Notes: generated from the sequence alone by a model not told the origin. A stretch of 64,000 nucleotides of DNA from Felis catus (GCF_018350175.1 NC_058368.1:54810001-54874000), one strand, 5' to 3'; shown: positions 1 to 13,800, numbered from the stretch's first letter. Numbers and translations are program-made.

Positions 1-606
1 ACAATCCTTTAGATTGAAACTACAGGTTCTCTACCCCTGCTGGTAAAGCATCTGCTTCTCTAGTGAGCTGTGCTTGTTTGGATCAAACTTGAAGAACATT
101 TCTATTAGCTCTTTTGTAAGTACACTAACAAATTATCTTTAAGTACTTCTATAATACAGAAAAATAACAACAGGTCTTTAACATTTCTCAAAAGAAAAGA
201 CTGTTTTGATAACATAAAAATAATATATGCATGAAACAAGCAGGCTAGCGAGGTTAATCACTTCAAAGGTCTAATTTAAGATGCAATTATGGATCGCTCA
301 GTCTGCTTCATGGGGACCATGAGAATTCTAAATCAGAGTGGGTATAAGTTATAGCTCTTTTCTATTTAATTTACTTATTTCAGAACAGAAGTTTTTCATA
401 ACTAATGTGACTATATATCATTCTGCCAATTGAAAAAAAAAAGCTCCCTTAGGTAGAGTTTCCCAAAAATAAAATTATTTTTCTAATTTTTTTGTAAAAT
501 GGGTAAATGTTTTCCCTTTTCTGAAAACAAATGCAACATTTAGATATTTAGTTCTAAGAAGAAATGTCTGGACTTACTTAAAGCTTTTATAAAGGTTTTT
601 TTAAAT

Positions 607-824
607 TTATTTTATTTTTTTAACGTTTATTTATTTTTGAGACAGAGAGAGACAGAGCATGAACAGGGGAGGGGCAGAGAGAGAGGGAGACACAGAATCT
701 GAAACAGGCTGCAGGCTCTGAGAGGTCAGCACAGAGCCCGACGCGGGGCTCGAACTCACGGACCGTGAGATCATGACCTGAGCCAAAGTCGGGCGCCTAA
801 TCAACCAAGCCACCCAGGCGCCCC
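607..824 (-). mobile_element. Can-SINE (SINEC_Fc-type, tRNA-derived)
   Basis: Reverse complement reads GGGGCGCCTGGGTGGCT... head, CT-rich body and A-rich tail; flanked by TAAAGGTTTTTTT direct repeat (590-602 / 825-837). Confidence 0.95.
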
Positions 825-2952
825 TAAAGGTTTTTTTTTTAAATGAAGACAACTAAAATGATGATTCTTTCTGAAAGATCAAATGCAAAGTTGGGTATTT
901 TCATAATTAATTTGGCCATCAGTGATTGCTTTATTAAACATGGTATATCTGATTTCATGTAATGGTACACAAAGATGTGCTACCTTCATCACTTCCTAGT
1001 TAACTACTAGTCAAAACATTTCATCATAGGCCAGGATTTGGTTCTTATGGCGGGAATAATTACAGTTTTAGAAAGTGACCACTTCCTCAGAATGGAATAA
1101 ATCTTTACAAATCCATCCAGGACCTTACTACTGCTAGTACTAAATTTGTCATACACTAATCCTGCCTTCTGAGTGTTTGTGCTCGTACTGTAGTAAAATA
1201 ATGTCCATCTTATGGACAGAGCATCCTTCTTACACTTTTTATGCTACTCACATAGCAAAGGTGTGCAATTAACATAGTACAGACACATGAAATATAATAG
1301 CAAAATATTCCTGCAATTTCCTAATCATTAAATCAATCAGTCAGAGTTTTAAATGAAAGCAAATGCTTTATTATTCATTAAGTATATATCAAGTGTGAAG
1401 TAAAATAATCTAGGGATTCATCCTTCTGAATTGATAGTAAAATCTAAAGGGAAGAAATACATATGAGATAAAAATTCTTTCTGAACTTATTAATGTAAAA
1501 TTGAGTGTTTCATTCCTGATTGCATTCCTAACGTGTGGAGACTATTAAAACCTAACCTGATCCCATTATTTATTAGCATGGGTATTCCTTCATATTTTCT
1601 GCAAAAATAGTTATAACATAAACAATTTATATACCATATTTACATTAAAATGTATGAAAATGCTACACTTAAGATGTATTATTGACACCTTATGGGATAT
1701 ATATCTTCCCTTGTGAACATTACTTTTCATTCATTCAATTGTCTCGATGTACTTGCTTGTGTAACTCAAAAGTTCTCTGAACTAAATTCAAATGTTCATA
1801 TAGACCTTCAAAAAATTTAATCATTTTAAAACACCAAATTTTCAAGGATCAGTTTATAATTATTCTCTTATAATATTTATAATCAATTCTGATGAATGAT
1901 TTCAATCAGTGAGTCACACTAAATCAAATATTTGACAAGTAGCTTGGGCAATAAGATTTGTGGTAACCTATTAATATTTGCAAATCTGGCTCTCTGTATG
2001 AGTTGATCAGTAATTTCTATAAAGATGATTCATTTGCCACCTTGTGCAGCTATGATTCAAAAAGGTAACAAATTTCAGGTAATATAAATAAACCCAGATT
2101 TGCTTAGATAATGAATCACAAAGATGACTCATGGCAAGTATTTATCAGAAAGTCAAGGATGCCCAGAAGATGATGATTACAGTACAGACATTATCTTTAA
2201 AAAATAATTCATCCAGGAGCCAAATTACTAATGTATTGTCAAGAATATATAAAAGAAGCTTCATAAAAATGCAACAAGGAATACAATATGGAAAATACAC
2301 CAGAGGTTAGACATTCTGATCACTGATCAAAGTCTGCTCTGATACTGGTGAGCACTCAGAAATAAAAAGGACTGCATTTTAGAAATTCCCCACTTGGGAT
2401 CTCGGACATATGCTGGCTTTATTCCAGAGTATCATTCGACAGATAGCTGGGCAGTTATCCATCTGGTTTTCTGTGTTTTCTTTTCTGGTTTTTCAGGTTA
2501 GAGACTTGGCAAGCAAAGCTAACATTGAGTTGGGCTTGAGTTGTAGATGCTGATGACCAGTTGTCTTGGAAATTATTGAATAAGGTCAACAAACCAGGAG
2601 CCAGAAAGGAATTTGGGCTTGAGATCAGATACATCAGTTAGACAACTGCCGGGTGATGAACTCATGGGAACACTGTCATGGATCTATGATCTGTCAGGTT
2701 TCCCATGAGTGACACCAGGAATGAGCCACAACTGTCAAGAAAGATACCAGGTAAACTCAAGGGTCAGGGTGTCAGCATGCTAGTAGTGATATTAGCCAAG
2801 TTCTGGTCAAGTCACTATTAGGTAATTTAGTGGTATCTGATGCCCTTTGTAAGACCTATCAAAGAAAATCCCTTGGTCATTGGGAAATAATTCTGTAAAC
2901 ACACATGATGACTAGAATGGATACAAAATTTTGGATGTTAGATCCAAAAGAG

Positions 2953-3214
2953 TTATTTAAAAATTTTTTTTAAGTTTATTTATTTATTTGCAGAGAAACA
3001 GAGACAGTGTGAGCTGATGTGGGGCAGAGGGAGAGGGAGGGAGGGAGGGAGGGAGGGAGGGAGGGAGGGAGAGAGAGAGATTGAGAATCCCAAGGAGGCT
3101 CCACACTGTCAGCACAGAGCACAGTGTGGTGCTTGAACTCACAAACCTTGAGAACATGACCTGGGCCAAAATCAAGAGTCAGATGCTTAACTGACTGAGC
3201 CGCCCAGGCACCCC
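2953..3214 (-). mobile_element. Can-SINE
   Basis: Minus-strand head GGGGTGCCTGGGCGGCTCAGTCAGTTAAG; expanded (GGGA)n tract; T-rich tail on + strand. Confidence 0.9.
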
Positions 3215-3222
3215 CAAAGAGA

Positions 3223-3248
3223 TTTTTTTTAAGTTTATTTGTTTATTC

Positions 3249-3328
<80 letters not shown>

Positions 3329-3503
3329 CAACAGAGGGGGAGAGGCAGAGAGGGAGAGAGAGAATCCCAAGCAGCCTCTGTGCTGACAATGCAGAGACCG
3401 ACTGGGAGTTTGAACTCGCGTTTGCGATTATGAGATTATGAGATCATAATCTGAGCAGAAATCAAGAGTTGGATGCTTAATAGACGGAGCCACCCAGGAA
3501 GCC
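3223..3503 (-). mobile_element. Can-SINE with long (GA)n tract, directly adjacent to the previous SINE
   Basis: Can-SINE head and body on the minus strand; (GA)n at ~3250-3325. Confidence 0.9.
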
Positions 3504-3831
3504 AGAAAAAAGATCCTTTTTTACCTTTAAAAATGCCAACATTCAGGTGAACCCATTAATAATTTTAAAAGGATAAAATATCTTTAGAAATCTTATAAAT
3601 GAAATTTCTATGCCATGGAAAATCTACCTTACAGCCTGGTTCCTTTCATTCAGACACACTTACAAACTCTGGAAGACCCTCATCAGCCACTAAACTAAAA
3701 TCTGTAACAGTAGCTGGTCACCTCTCACACTGATACTTTGAAAACTTTAGAGGAAATTTTTACCCAGAAAAATGTTTTCAATATTAAACTTCTAGAAATT
3801 TTCATAACACCACTGTAAAATATCTGTTTTT

Positions 3832-4042
3832 TTTTTAATTTTTTAACATTTATTTATTTTTGAGACAGAGAGAGAGCATGAACAGGGGAGGGTCAGAGAA
3901 AGAGGGAGACACAGAATCTGAAACAGGCTCCAGGCTCTGAGCTGTCAGCACAGAGCCGACGCGGGGCTCGAACCCACGGACCGTGAGATCATGACCTGAG
4001 CCGAAGTTGGACGCTCAACCGACTGAGCCACCCAGGCGCCCC
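3832..4042 (-). mobile_element. Can-SINE (SINEC_Fc-type)
   Basis: GGGGCGCCTGGGTGGCTCAGTCGGTTGAGCG head on minus; ATATCTGTTTTT duplicated on both sides. Confidence 0.95.
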
Positions 4043-4232
4043 TAATATATCTGTTTTTAATGTTATTTTTATTAACATGAATCCAAAAGACCTTGTTTTT
4101 ATTAATTCCCTTGTAAATCCTTGTGTTTTTATTATTTTTACAAAAAAGGATGGAATAGATATGACTAAATTGTTCTAGGTTGTAATGATCAGCTGTTTTC
4201 CCCAAAGGGATTTAGCCTTCTCATATATTCAA

Positions 4233-4233
<1 letters not shown>

Positions 4234-4276
<43 letters not shown>
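4234..4276. repeat. (CA)n microsatellite
   Basis: Directly visible. Confidence 0.97.
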
Positions 4277-4278
<2 letters not shown>

Positions 4279-4674
4279 AGCCAAAGGGTAAATACCAGAT
4301 ATTCATTGTACTTCAATTACCTGTGGCATTTGGGGACAGCTATCTAGCTGTTCACAAGCCAGACTCTCCCTATCCCGTATTTCTTGTTTAGTATCACGTA
4401 AAAATGAAATGGAAATATAAGAGGAACAAAATGAAATCTGATCAACAAAATCTGAAATTAATTTATGAGCATTTAAATTCATGTCAATTGGTATACTATC
4501 TAAAACATTATAATCTATTGGATATATCCCAGTCATACTTCATATGATTCATATTCACTAAATGATTAAAAAGAATTTTAAAGAAAGCTCATGACTCATG
4601 TTCTTCTTAGTCATGCTATGTGGATAAACCTAAAACAATGAGCAATGAAATCATGCCTCTCCTTGAGCCTTGCA

Positions 4675-5240
4675 TTTTCATTTACTTATTCATCAACTTA
4701 AAAAATGTTCTTAAATAACTAATTTTTGTCAGGGGACATAGTAGTGACAAAAAAGACAAAATTGGGACCTTTATAAAGTCTATGTTCCACTGGGAAGGAG
4801 ACAGACAGCAAATGAACATTACATAATATTCAGAAATAAAATACAGCATCTAAGCTAGTGATCAATGCTCAGAGAAAAGTAAAGCAGGAAGAGGAGAATA
4901 AGGAATGTAAGGGGGGGGGGGTTGCAGTTTGAAATAAGGTTATGAGGAAAGGCTTCAGTGAGAATGCACTTTTTGAGCCTGAAGGGGATGAAGGAGGCAA
5001 GCCTTGTAGATACATTGGAGGAGAGCATTGCAGATAAAATTAACAAGTACAAAAGTCCATAGATAAGACTGCAACAGGTAATTCTGGGACAGTAAACTGG
5101 TTAGGGTAGAAAACCAAAACACTTAAAGTTAGTAGGAATAAAAGGAGATGAGGGCTGATTGATGGGAGAAAGACAAACCATGAGAGGTACATTTGACTTT
5201 TATTGTGAATGATGTGGGAAATCTTCTGTTGTTTTTAACT
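4675..5240 (-). mobile_element. Ancient L2 LINE 3' fragment
   Basis: Degenerate L2 3'-end pattern (ttcatt... then gacaaaa...gggaaggagacagac...ggaaaggcttcagtgag), recognised by eye. Confidence 0.65.
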
Positions 5241-6926
5241 CTAGGGAGTCTGATTTTATTCAACAGTCTAAAGTTAAATTCAAGATATCATTGCCTCATA
5301 CTCATAGATGAATCGATTGGTAGACAGACATAAAGATCAATACATACCCCTTAATACCAATATGATGTTACATATTATGAATAACATACAACTTACTTAT
5401 ACATTAATGTTATATTTTAATAAAGCATATTCACATTAAAGAGACTAATTTCATTTCAGTTTTAAAAAATCTTTAGTAATAATACTCTCACACATAAAAA
5501 CAATTGTTCTCAGACCTATCTCTCTTAAAAGGAAAAGCAATGATTTTCACATAAAATTTTATAATACTTCAATAGTTTACACTAACATATGGCTATGTAA
5601 CAATATTGGAATGAAACTATTTATAAAAAATCAAAGTTGTATTATTTGTCTCTACCTCCCATCAAATAAGAAATTATTTCAAGTATATATAAAATGGACT
5701 AGAAGACAAACTACAAAAAATTTGTCTTGAACTGTATTTCTCTTAGAAATACCTGTCATAAAAAGGTCCTTTCAATTTTTTAAAAAATAAATTCTATTTA
5801 AGAAGCAAATATGTCACTAACTTAAAAAATAAGTGATAATATAATGTTATATTTAACTGAACTGACCATCATATATAAAGTGTTCAAGTCTTTGGTAGTC
5901 CTCTGCTACAATTAATATTAATCTGACTGATATCGAGATCTTTTCAGCCATCTTTATAATGAGTGCTGAATTCCCCATGTTATTTTCTGTAAAGATACTA
6001 TAATATATAAATATTTAAGAATGACCTGTGATCACAAGTCTCATTTTCTCACAAAATTAATGTTGATATTGATAATATGGTTTAATTTTAATATATGCTA
6101 AAACATGTAAAACAAAACATTTTTAGAAATAACTTTATATTAAATATACCATCTGCTTTTGACTTAGGAAAAATGCATTTCCAAATGCATTTTTAAAAAT
6201 AATCTTGTCCTTTACTGGATGTTAGACTTAACATTACTGTGTTAAAATGATTTTGTGTTAAAAAAAAAAGTAATTGCATCTTTATAAAGTGTCTAGATTT
6301 TTTCTAATTACATTATTCCAGTTTGAGAATCAAGTAATATTATAAACATTTATAATATATAAAAACTATAAAGGCTATGAGGCTATGAGTTAATAACCAT
6401 ATTCAAGAAATTATAAAGTCTATCTTTATTTGAGCCATACTAATTTATAATCTGTATAAGTCTAAATTGCTCCCAGAACTCTCCGTTATCCTCTATCAAA
6501 ATTATGAGGCACAAATGCCACCAGGTCCATGTGGAGATGTGGCTATCTACACAACAGCAGCCAAACCATTAAGTCCCAGATTTGTATATCTTAAAATTGA
6601 AATATTCTTACGCAAAATGGACCAGTAGATTTCTTCTACTTCTCAAGTGGGCATACTAATGCTTTCAACCTCCCTGAGAATGTCAAATGTTTCTGCACAA
6701 TGTTGCTGCCTACTGAGACAGATTGGCAGACTGGAGGTGGCTCCAGTGAGACAAGATCCACATTCACCTTTTCTTGACAAGGTGAGACCTGAGGAAGGGA
6801 ACACATTTCTTTTCATTCTAGGTAAGTCAAATTTGGCGTATAAGCTACAATTATAAAGTAGTGAAGAGCTGCAAATGAAATATTAAAGTACAAGTAAAAT
6901 TTGACTCCTAAAGATTTACTCTTCCA

Positions 6927-7127
6927 GGGAGCCTGGGTGGTTCAGCCAGTTAAGCATTCAACTCGTGATTTCAGCTCAGGTCGTGATCTCACTATTCCTA
7001 AGTTGGATCGCCACGTCGGCTCTGTGCTGATGTGAGGGGCCTGCTTGGGATTCTCCGTCTCCCTCTCCCATCTCCCTGTCTCCCTCTCCCTCTCTCTCTC
7101 TCTTAAAAACAAATAAATAAACATTTA
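6927..7127 (+). mobile_element. Can-SINE
   Basis: GGGAGCCTGGGTGGTTCAG head, CT tract, AATAAA tail; degenerate TSD aaagatttactcttc / aaaaattgctcttc. Confidence 0.92.
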
Positions 7128-7331
7128 AAAAATTGCTCTTCAAATTTTCTTTTAATAAATTAAAATTGATCTAGTAATTATTTTATTTTCATGATCTCAT
7201 TATCTTCCGATGTTACATTTTCCTAGATACCAATGTCAACACTAAGAGACAATGAAATTAGAGCCAAGTAATATTAAAAAAAATAAAGTCCCAAGCAACT
7301 CAATCATAACATAATGTCTGTATAACTTTTA

Positions 7332-7573
7332 TTTTTTTATTTTTTTTATTTTTTTAAAATTTTTTTTTCAACGTTTATTTATTTATAGGACAGAGAGAGA
7401 CAGAGCATGAACGGGGGAGGGGCAGAGAGAGAGAGGGAGACACAGAATCGGAAACAGGCTCCAGGCTCTGAGCCATCAGCCCAGAGCCTGACGCGGGGCT
7501 CGAACTCCCGGACCGCGAGATCGTGACCTGGCTGAAGTCGGAAGCTTAACCGACTGCGCCACCCAGGCACCCC
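7332..7573 (-). mobile_element. Young Can-SINE (SINEC_Fc)
   Basis: CpG-rich, near-consensus copy; TSD TGTATAACTTTTA at 7319-7331 / 7575-7587. Confidence 0.96.
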
Positions 7574-8929
7574 ATGTATAACTTTTAATGCTATTGCTTG
7601 TCTAAAAGTATTCGAAATGACTACTAACAAGTAACTGGTTAATTCTAGGATTGAGGAAGCCTCTTGCATATACCATAATGAATCCCTCTATCATTGGATG
7701 CTTTCTGACTACAGTACTAATAAAGAATTTTGATAGGGAAACAAAAACAAAAACCTCTTCTAAATTTTATCTTCTATGATTTATTAGGTTACTAATAGGA
7801 CATTTAAAAAATAATAATTAGGACATTCATCTTTTACCCAATGATAGTCCCTTCTGAGTTATCCTGATAATAACTAGTGCCAGCAAAATGGAACACAGAA
7901 ATACTAGCCCTGTCTAAATGTTTCTTCAATCTCTGGAACTATAAAAATCTCTGTCACTACCTACCCAGATCTACCCAGGAATTACACTGACTTAGTAACA
8001 AATGGCCATATAATGTCCTTTCCTAAATTTGAAAAGTTAAGTATTCACTATTGCTGTAGAACATAATACTGAAAGTTTTGCCTGATTTAACCCTATATGC
8101 TATAAAGCTCACAAATTCACTTGAAGAAAGAGAATACCAGGTATTAAAAACAAAAAAAATCTTACATTTTCCTAATAGCATGAGAATATACATGGAATAC
8201 AAACAGAATGAATATATGAATATATGAATATGAATATGAATATATATATGGAGAAAAACATCCATTCCTCTCGTCTACTTCACAATTAAGTTTTTATTGT
8301 GACCAGCATGAGGGCTTTTCAGGTAAAATTGGAAGCCTGGCTTAAGTAACCAAATAAAATAAAATAAACTTTGAATATAGGTTAGCTGCTCAAGAAAAGA
8401 GTCTGTTTTTATAAATTAAAATTTCTATACCTTCATTTCTCAGGAAAGTACATCAAAATCAGCATAAGTAAATCATAGCCAGTAAAAATTCTTAACGTTA
8501 ATTAAAGCTGTCCATTTCAAACCTGGCTCATAGATCCATATATAGATGTTAGAACAACAAAGGAACTAATGATGTTTCTCATGTTTGTTTTGTGTTGTGT
8601 TTCTGATTATAAAGTGTTTCCCTTAATGGGAAACACCAGTGGCCAGTAAAACCAACCTACCAAAAGCAAGAAGTTCCCCAGATATAATATTAAATCAGAG
8701 AACAGTTACAGGATACTATTTATATAATTTATATTACATTTATGACCAGCTATAAATGAACAGTTCTTTATTTTATAGTACTTAAGCCTTTGTGTAGTGA
8801 CTAACACCTAATATAGAGTGGACTTTGCCTTTTCCGGTACAAAAATAAGATTCCCAAGACTTTTGGTGAGTGATTAGATACAGGAGGTGAAGAAAAAAAA
8901 TGTCAAGGATAATTTTCCACATTCTAATG

Positions 8930-9290
8930 TGCGTAAGGGGATAAAAGTATCTTCCACCAAATGAGACAGAGATCATGGGAATATAAACCAGTTTGGGAGC
9001 AGGAATATGAATTCACCTTTAGAGATAATGAGTTTCAGGTGTCTTTGATGCATCCAAGTACAGGTGTCCAGAGCACATTACGCATTCATTTCTTAAGCTC
9101 AGTGGAGAATCCCCAGCTGGAAATTTATATCTAGTAGTTTTCAGTATATGGATGAAAGTTAAAACCAGGAAGTTAAAATCAGTCAATTACATCATTTTAA
9201 TACAGTAGAGAGAATAAGACCAAAGCTAAAGATAGAATCCTGAGGTAAATTAACATTTTAGAGACTAGACAAAGGATAACAAGAGCTTTT
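8930..9290 (-). mobile_element. L2 fragment
   Basis: Degenerate L2 motif gagtttcaggtgtctttgatgcatccaagtacaggtgtc... Confidence 0.55.
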
Positions 9291-9469
9291 GGTTCTCAAG
9301 TTAACCAGATGATATGATAAATTTGCAATACCCTGCTTAGAAAAGGGTGTGTAACCAAACAAATACTAGATGTGAAATTAGAAGTAATGTCAAGATTCAA
9401 TCTGAACTGTTCACTGAATAAAATATGATTTGGATTATTAACAACGGACCACAAATAGGGTGGTACTTA

Positions 9470-9610
9470 CCCCACTTTAAGAAGTATGTGAAGGCATTTT
9501 CAGATGTCACAGTAACAGAGTGCAGCCTGTATCAGTAAGCAAGCCCAAGGATGCCAGGAATGGAATGGACAGCCCCACACAATGAACAATCTGTCCTCCC
9601 AAATTGTTGG
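9470..9610 (+). mobile_element. MER20-like hAT DNA transposon relic
   Basis: cccaaggatgc...ggacagccccacacaatgaacaat...cccaaa resembles the MER20 3' half. Confidence 0.5.
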
Positions 9611-9741
9611 TTCTGTGTTTCAGAAGACTATTATCGGAAGCCACTCTTACTGAAAGACAAAGAATTGTTCCTCCCCTTCCCTTCCTATCTAACTAAAGGA
9701 GGTAACTGTTTACACTGAGACTTAAGAAGTAGCTGTGTGAA

Positions 9742-9978
9742 GGAGAACCTGGATGGCTCAGTCAGTTAAGCATCCAACTCTTTATTTCAGCTCAGGTCAT
9801 GATCCCAGACTCGAGGGATTGAGCCCCATGTCCAGCCTTGCTTCAGGCTCCGTGCTAGGTATGGAGCCTGCTTGAGGGTCTATGTCTCCCTCTGCCCCTC
9901 CCCTCCTCGTGTGCACTCTTGCACTCTCTCTCTCAAAACTAAAGAGGAATTAATAATCAATCAGTCAATCAATCAACC
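9742..9978 (+). mobile_element. Can-SINE
   Basis: Head GGAGAACCTGGATGGCTCAGTCAGTTAAG; degenerate TSD aagtagctgtgtga / aagtggcagtgtga. Confidence 0.9.
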
Positions 9979-9992
9979 AAGTGGCAGTGTGA

Positions 9993-10240
9993 AAATATCT
10001 TCCCACCTTTTTTCTCCAAGGGATAGTTTCTGTGTCAACTGTGACCAAGAAGTTTCATGAATGTCACTTTGTATGTCGTTACCTGCAGTGTCCAGCACAG
10101 CATTGCATTATTTGGCATTGCTTAACATCTTTTCTCACCTCACTTTCTTATTTTCCCACCTTTGCCTTTCTGACTTTTCATCTTCATAAAGCATAAACAC
10201 TTTTAATCCTTGCCCCAGCCTATGTTTTCCAGAGAATATG
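9993..10240 (+). mobile_element. Old ERVL-class LTR relic (LTR33/LTR16-like 3' part)
   Basis: Ends in ataaa...cacttttaatccttgccccagcctatgttttccagagaa, similar to ERVL LTR 3' termini. Confidence 0.4.
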
Positions 10241-12022
10241 GTCACTGTTATCTATCTTTATTTAAATAATTGGTCCCCACTATCTTTCTTTATTAAAGTG
10301 ATATCACTATCCTCTGTATATACATCATGCTGTTCTGTCTCCCACCCACATATGTGCATGCACAAAGATGCATACATACACAAAAATGTAAGCTATTCAT
10401 CTTCCATGCATATAATCATTTCTAATGAGAATACATTTTATTCTCTGTGCAGATAAACAATTCACTTTAAAGAGATATAAAGATTTATAGGAAAACAAAC
10501 AAATGTGTTATGGAAGCTCTCACCTCAAGAGCAAAGAACTATCTAATATCAAAGCTTGAGAGGAAGTAAGAAAATACCTGCACAATAGAGAAAAGATAAA
10601 TTGTAAATAGAGAAGAGGACAGATGGAAAAGGGAATGCAGGAAGGAGTTTGTAGAGGTTTAAAGTGATTTGGAAGATGACAGAGGGTGTGCAATAAATGG
10701 CATGACCCTTTATGGATTTCCCTGTGACTTTCAGTTGTTCATGAATAATTCCAAATGCATAGTATGATGGATTTCCTGTTGAACCAGTGAAAGTGCTGAG
10801 TTCCATGTTTAAATAAATATAAACTCAAACAGAAATAAAATATATGGGTAAAAAAATGACAAGACAGTGCCCAGATGACATGTGGTGGCAGAAATGTGAT
10901 TTATCTAAGGAAACTAAAAAGCAATCCTCATCTGTATCATAGATTATCTCATTACTATAGAACTACCTAAATGTATCCCTGTACAATGCCTGCTAAATAC
11001 CTGAGTGTATGTGCAGAAAAGGAAAGGTAAATAATGCTTAGGCTACATAACCTTAGAAATACTGAATTTTGGAGTAGCTACAGAAACTCCTCCGAGATTC
11101 ATATTTTTAAGCTGTGAAAGAAATATACTGTGAGATACTATAAATTTCATTAAAAAATAGTTGAAATTAGACTATAAGTTTCCACAATTATCCAAAAATA
11201 GAGTGTTCCTACGAAGCCTTTTGAAAGCCGAGATGATGTAAAGCAAAGAAGCAGTTACATTAGTTTGTAAAAATGTTTTGGTATTCCCAGACCCAAAAAA
11301 TAGCCTCTCTTAGGCTTTTCTGAGATCTTAGGGCATGTCTTGTTAATGGATGCACAAAATAAAGGTGAATAAAGCACAGATGCTCACAGATACAGTTCAA
11401 AGCCATGATGGCCTGATATTGAGATTCTGAATGTAGTTCCTGGGGAAGGAGGCACTCCTGCTAAGGGTGAGTGATGCTTCTATAAAGGTTCGTTGCAAAT
11501 AAATGCTGCTATTTTCACTTTTTGTCCTTTTTAATTAAAGCAAAATCTTCTTCAGATTTCTTTCAGTTAGTGAAAACAGGTACTAATGTATGTCTTCATA
11601 ACAGCAAAATGTTGTAAAACAAACTTTTGAGAAAGCAGTCAGAAAAAATTAACTTGTTATGTCCAAGGGAATCCTGATAGCATCATCAACTGATTTTTCT
11701 GTAGAAAATTTTGTAGTAGGCCAAAATGGAGTGTCATGATATATGCATTCAAACTGCTGAAAAGAAAATAAAAATAAAGAAAACGAAAAAATAAAACAAA
11801 ACAAAACAAAAACCTTTTATCCAAGAATACTCTGCCTGGCAAAGCTATCAAATAGAACTAAAGGAGAGATAAAGAGTTTTCCAAACAAGAAAAAAAAAAA
11901 AAAAAAAAAAAAAAAACCTAAAGAAGTTCATCACCAGTAAAGTAGCATTACAAGTAATGTTAAAGGGACTTCTTTAAGCTGAAAAAAAGTTACTAACCAA
12001 TAACAAGAAAATATATGAAAGT

Positions 12023-12248
12023 GGGGCGCCTGGGTGGCGCAGTCGGTTAAGCGTCCGACTTCAGCCAGGTCACAATCTCGCGGTCCGTGGGTTCGAGCCC
12101 CGCGTCAGGCTCTGGGCTGATGGCTCAGAGCCTGGAGCCTGTTTCCGATTCTGTGTCTCCCTCTCTCTCTGCCCCTCCCCCGTTCATGCTCTGTCTCTCT
12201 CTGTCCCAAAAATAAATAAACGTTGAAAAAAAAATTAAAAAAAAAAAA
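12023..12248 (+). mobile_element. Young Can-SINE (SINEC_Fc)
   Basis: Near-consensus; perfect 18-bp TSD AAGAAAATATATGAAAGT at 12005-12022 / 12249-12266. Confidence 0.97.
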
Positions 12249-12458
12249 AAGAAAATATATGAAAGTAAAAATCCCATTGGTAAAGTTGAATATATAGTAA
12301 ACTATAGAAATTATTCTTGAAAGTATAGTTTTTAAAGTTAATATCTAGTAAAGGTATTAACCATTTATAAAGCTAGTACTAAGGTTAAAACAGAAAAGTA
12401 GTAAAATTAACTATAACCACAATAATTAGTAAGAGATACACAAAGTTAAAAGATGTTA

Positions 12459-12624
12459 GGGGCACCTGGTGGCCCAGTCAGTTAAGGATCCAACTTCGGC
12501 TTGGGTTATGATCTCACAGCTCATGGGTTTGAGCTCCATGTCGGGCTCTGTGCTAACAGCTCAGTACCTGAAGCCTGCTTTGGATTCTGTGTCTCCCTCT
12601 CTCTCTGTCCCTCCCCCGCTAGTG

Positions 12625-12666
<42 letters not shown>

Positions 12667-12694
12667 AGTAAATAAACATTGCAAAAAATTTTTA
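12459..12694 (+). mobile_element. Can-SINE
   Basis: GGGGCACCTGG head, (CT)n, A tail; TSD AAAAGATGTTA. Confidence 0.94.
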
Positions 12695-13589
12695 AAAAGA
12701 TGTTAAAATATGACATCAAAAACATAAAGTATATTGAGATGTAAACATGTAAAAGTTTTAGAATGTGTTCAAAATGAAGCTGATATCAACTTAAAATGGA
12801 CTCTTGTGTGTGTAGGGTGTATGTATGTATGGTATATGTAGGTATGTAGGGTATATGTATGTATATACATACATATACACACACAACTATTATATGTGAA
12901 TGTCGTGGTAACCACAAAGCAAAAACCTGTAGTTGATACACAAAAGATGAGAAAGGAATCTAAATATAAGACTAAAGGAAGTCATTAAATCATATAGGAA
13001 TAATGCAAAAGAAAAGAGAAGAACTACAAAAACAGCCAGAAGACATTTAATGAATAGCAATAAGTATCAATAATTACTTTAATTATGTTATGTGATAAGA
13101 AAGGGAGGTACAAGGGAATTTTTGTAAAGGAGGAAATTTTCTCAAAATGAATGCCACTTTGTTGAAAAAAACTTGATGGTAATGAAGTTTTCAATAGATA
13201 ATGAAGGAAAGCTCCCCAGAGCAGTTCAGTAGCCAGACATCTGGCACTGTGTCTACATGAAACTACTTTCAACATATTTATTTTGGGCCAAAATTAAACC
13301 ATTTGGATTATAGTCTTCCTACTGTGGTATTCCCAATTTCTTTCTCTCATTACTATAGGTAAGAGTTAGAAATTAATGGGGTAATCAATAAGATGATTTT
13401 CACAAATGAGATCTGATCTGTTCACCTGGGAGTTCACAAAACAAATGCACTCTCAGATGGAGGTCAGAGTTCACATAGGTTGTTCATCCTTTGACGGTGG
13501 GATTATTTCACAGAAAATCTTAACACATCAAGAGGCAACTAAAATTCATAAAACAACTTACAACATTAACACACATTTTTGTACACTTA

Positions 13590-13800
13590 ATATGGTTCTG
13601 GTCTATGCTAAATACAGACACTATCCCCACCGATACTCAGAATAACCTATGACTTTGCCTAGTTTCCATCCTCCTTTACAGTTAAAGAAGTGTGCTTACA
13701 GGGAAGTGACTTGTCAAAGCCATGGGTAAGGTCAGTGACACACTAGCATTCCAACTTAATCATGACTGGTGGTGAAACCCACATTCTTAACCCAAGGCAG
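13590..13800 (-). mobile_element. MIR relic
   Basis: tttacagttaaagaa...gggaagtgacttgtcaaagcca... matches the MIR core in reverse orientation. Confidence 0.6.

Larger units (their letters stand above)
11640..13090 (+). mobile_element. Old L1 fragment (ORF1 3' end, spacer, start of ORF2), interrupted by two SINEs
   Basis: ccaagaatactctgcctggcaaagctatc...ggagagataaagagttttcc...aaagaagttcatcacc is the L1 ORF1 C-terminal coding signature. Confidence 0.85.

Noticed and set aside
2340..2860. GC-richer patch with an acceptor-like TTTTCAG|GTTAGA at 2496; similar unexplained patch at 42180-42650
   Set aside because: Probably very old LTR remnants that I could not assign; no coding or splice support.
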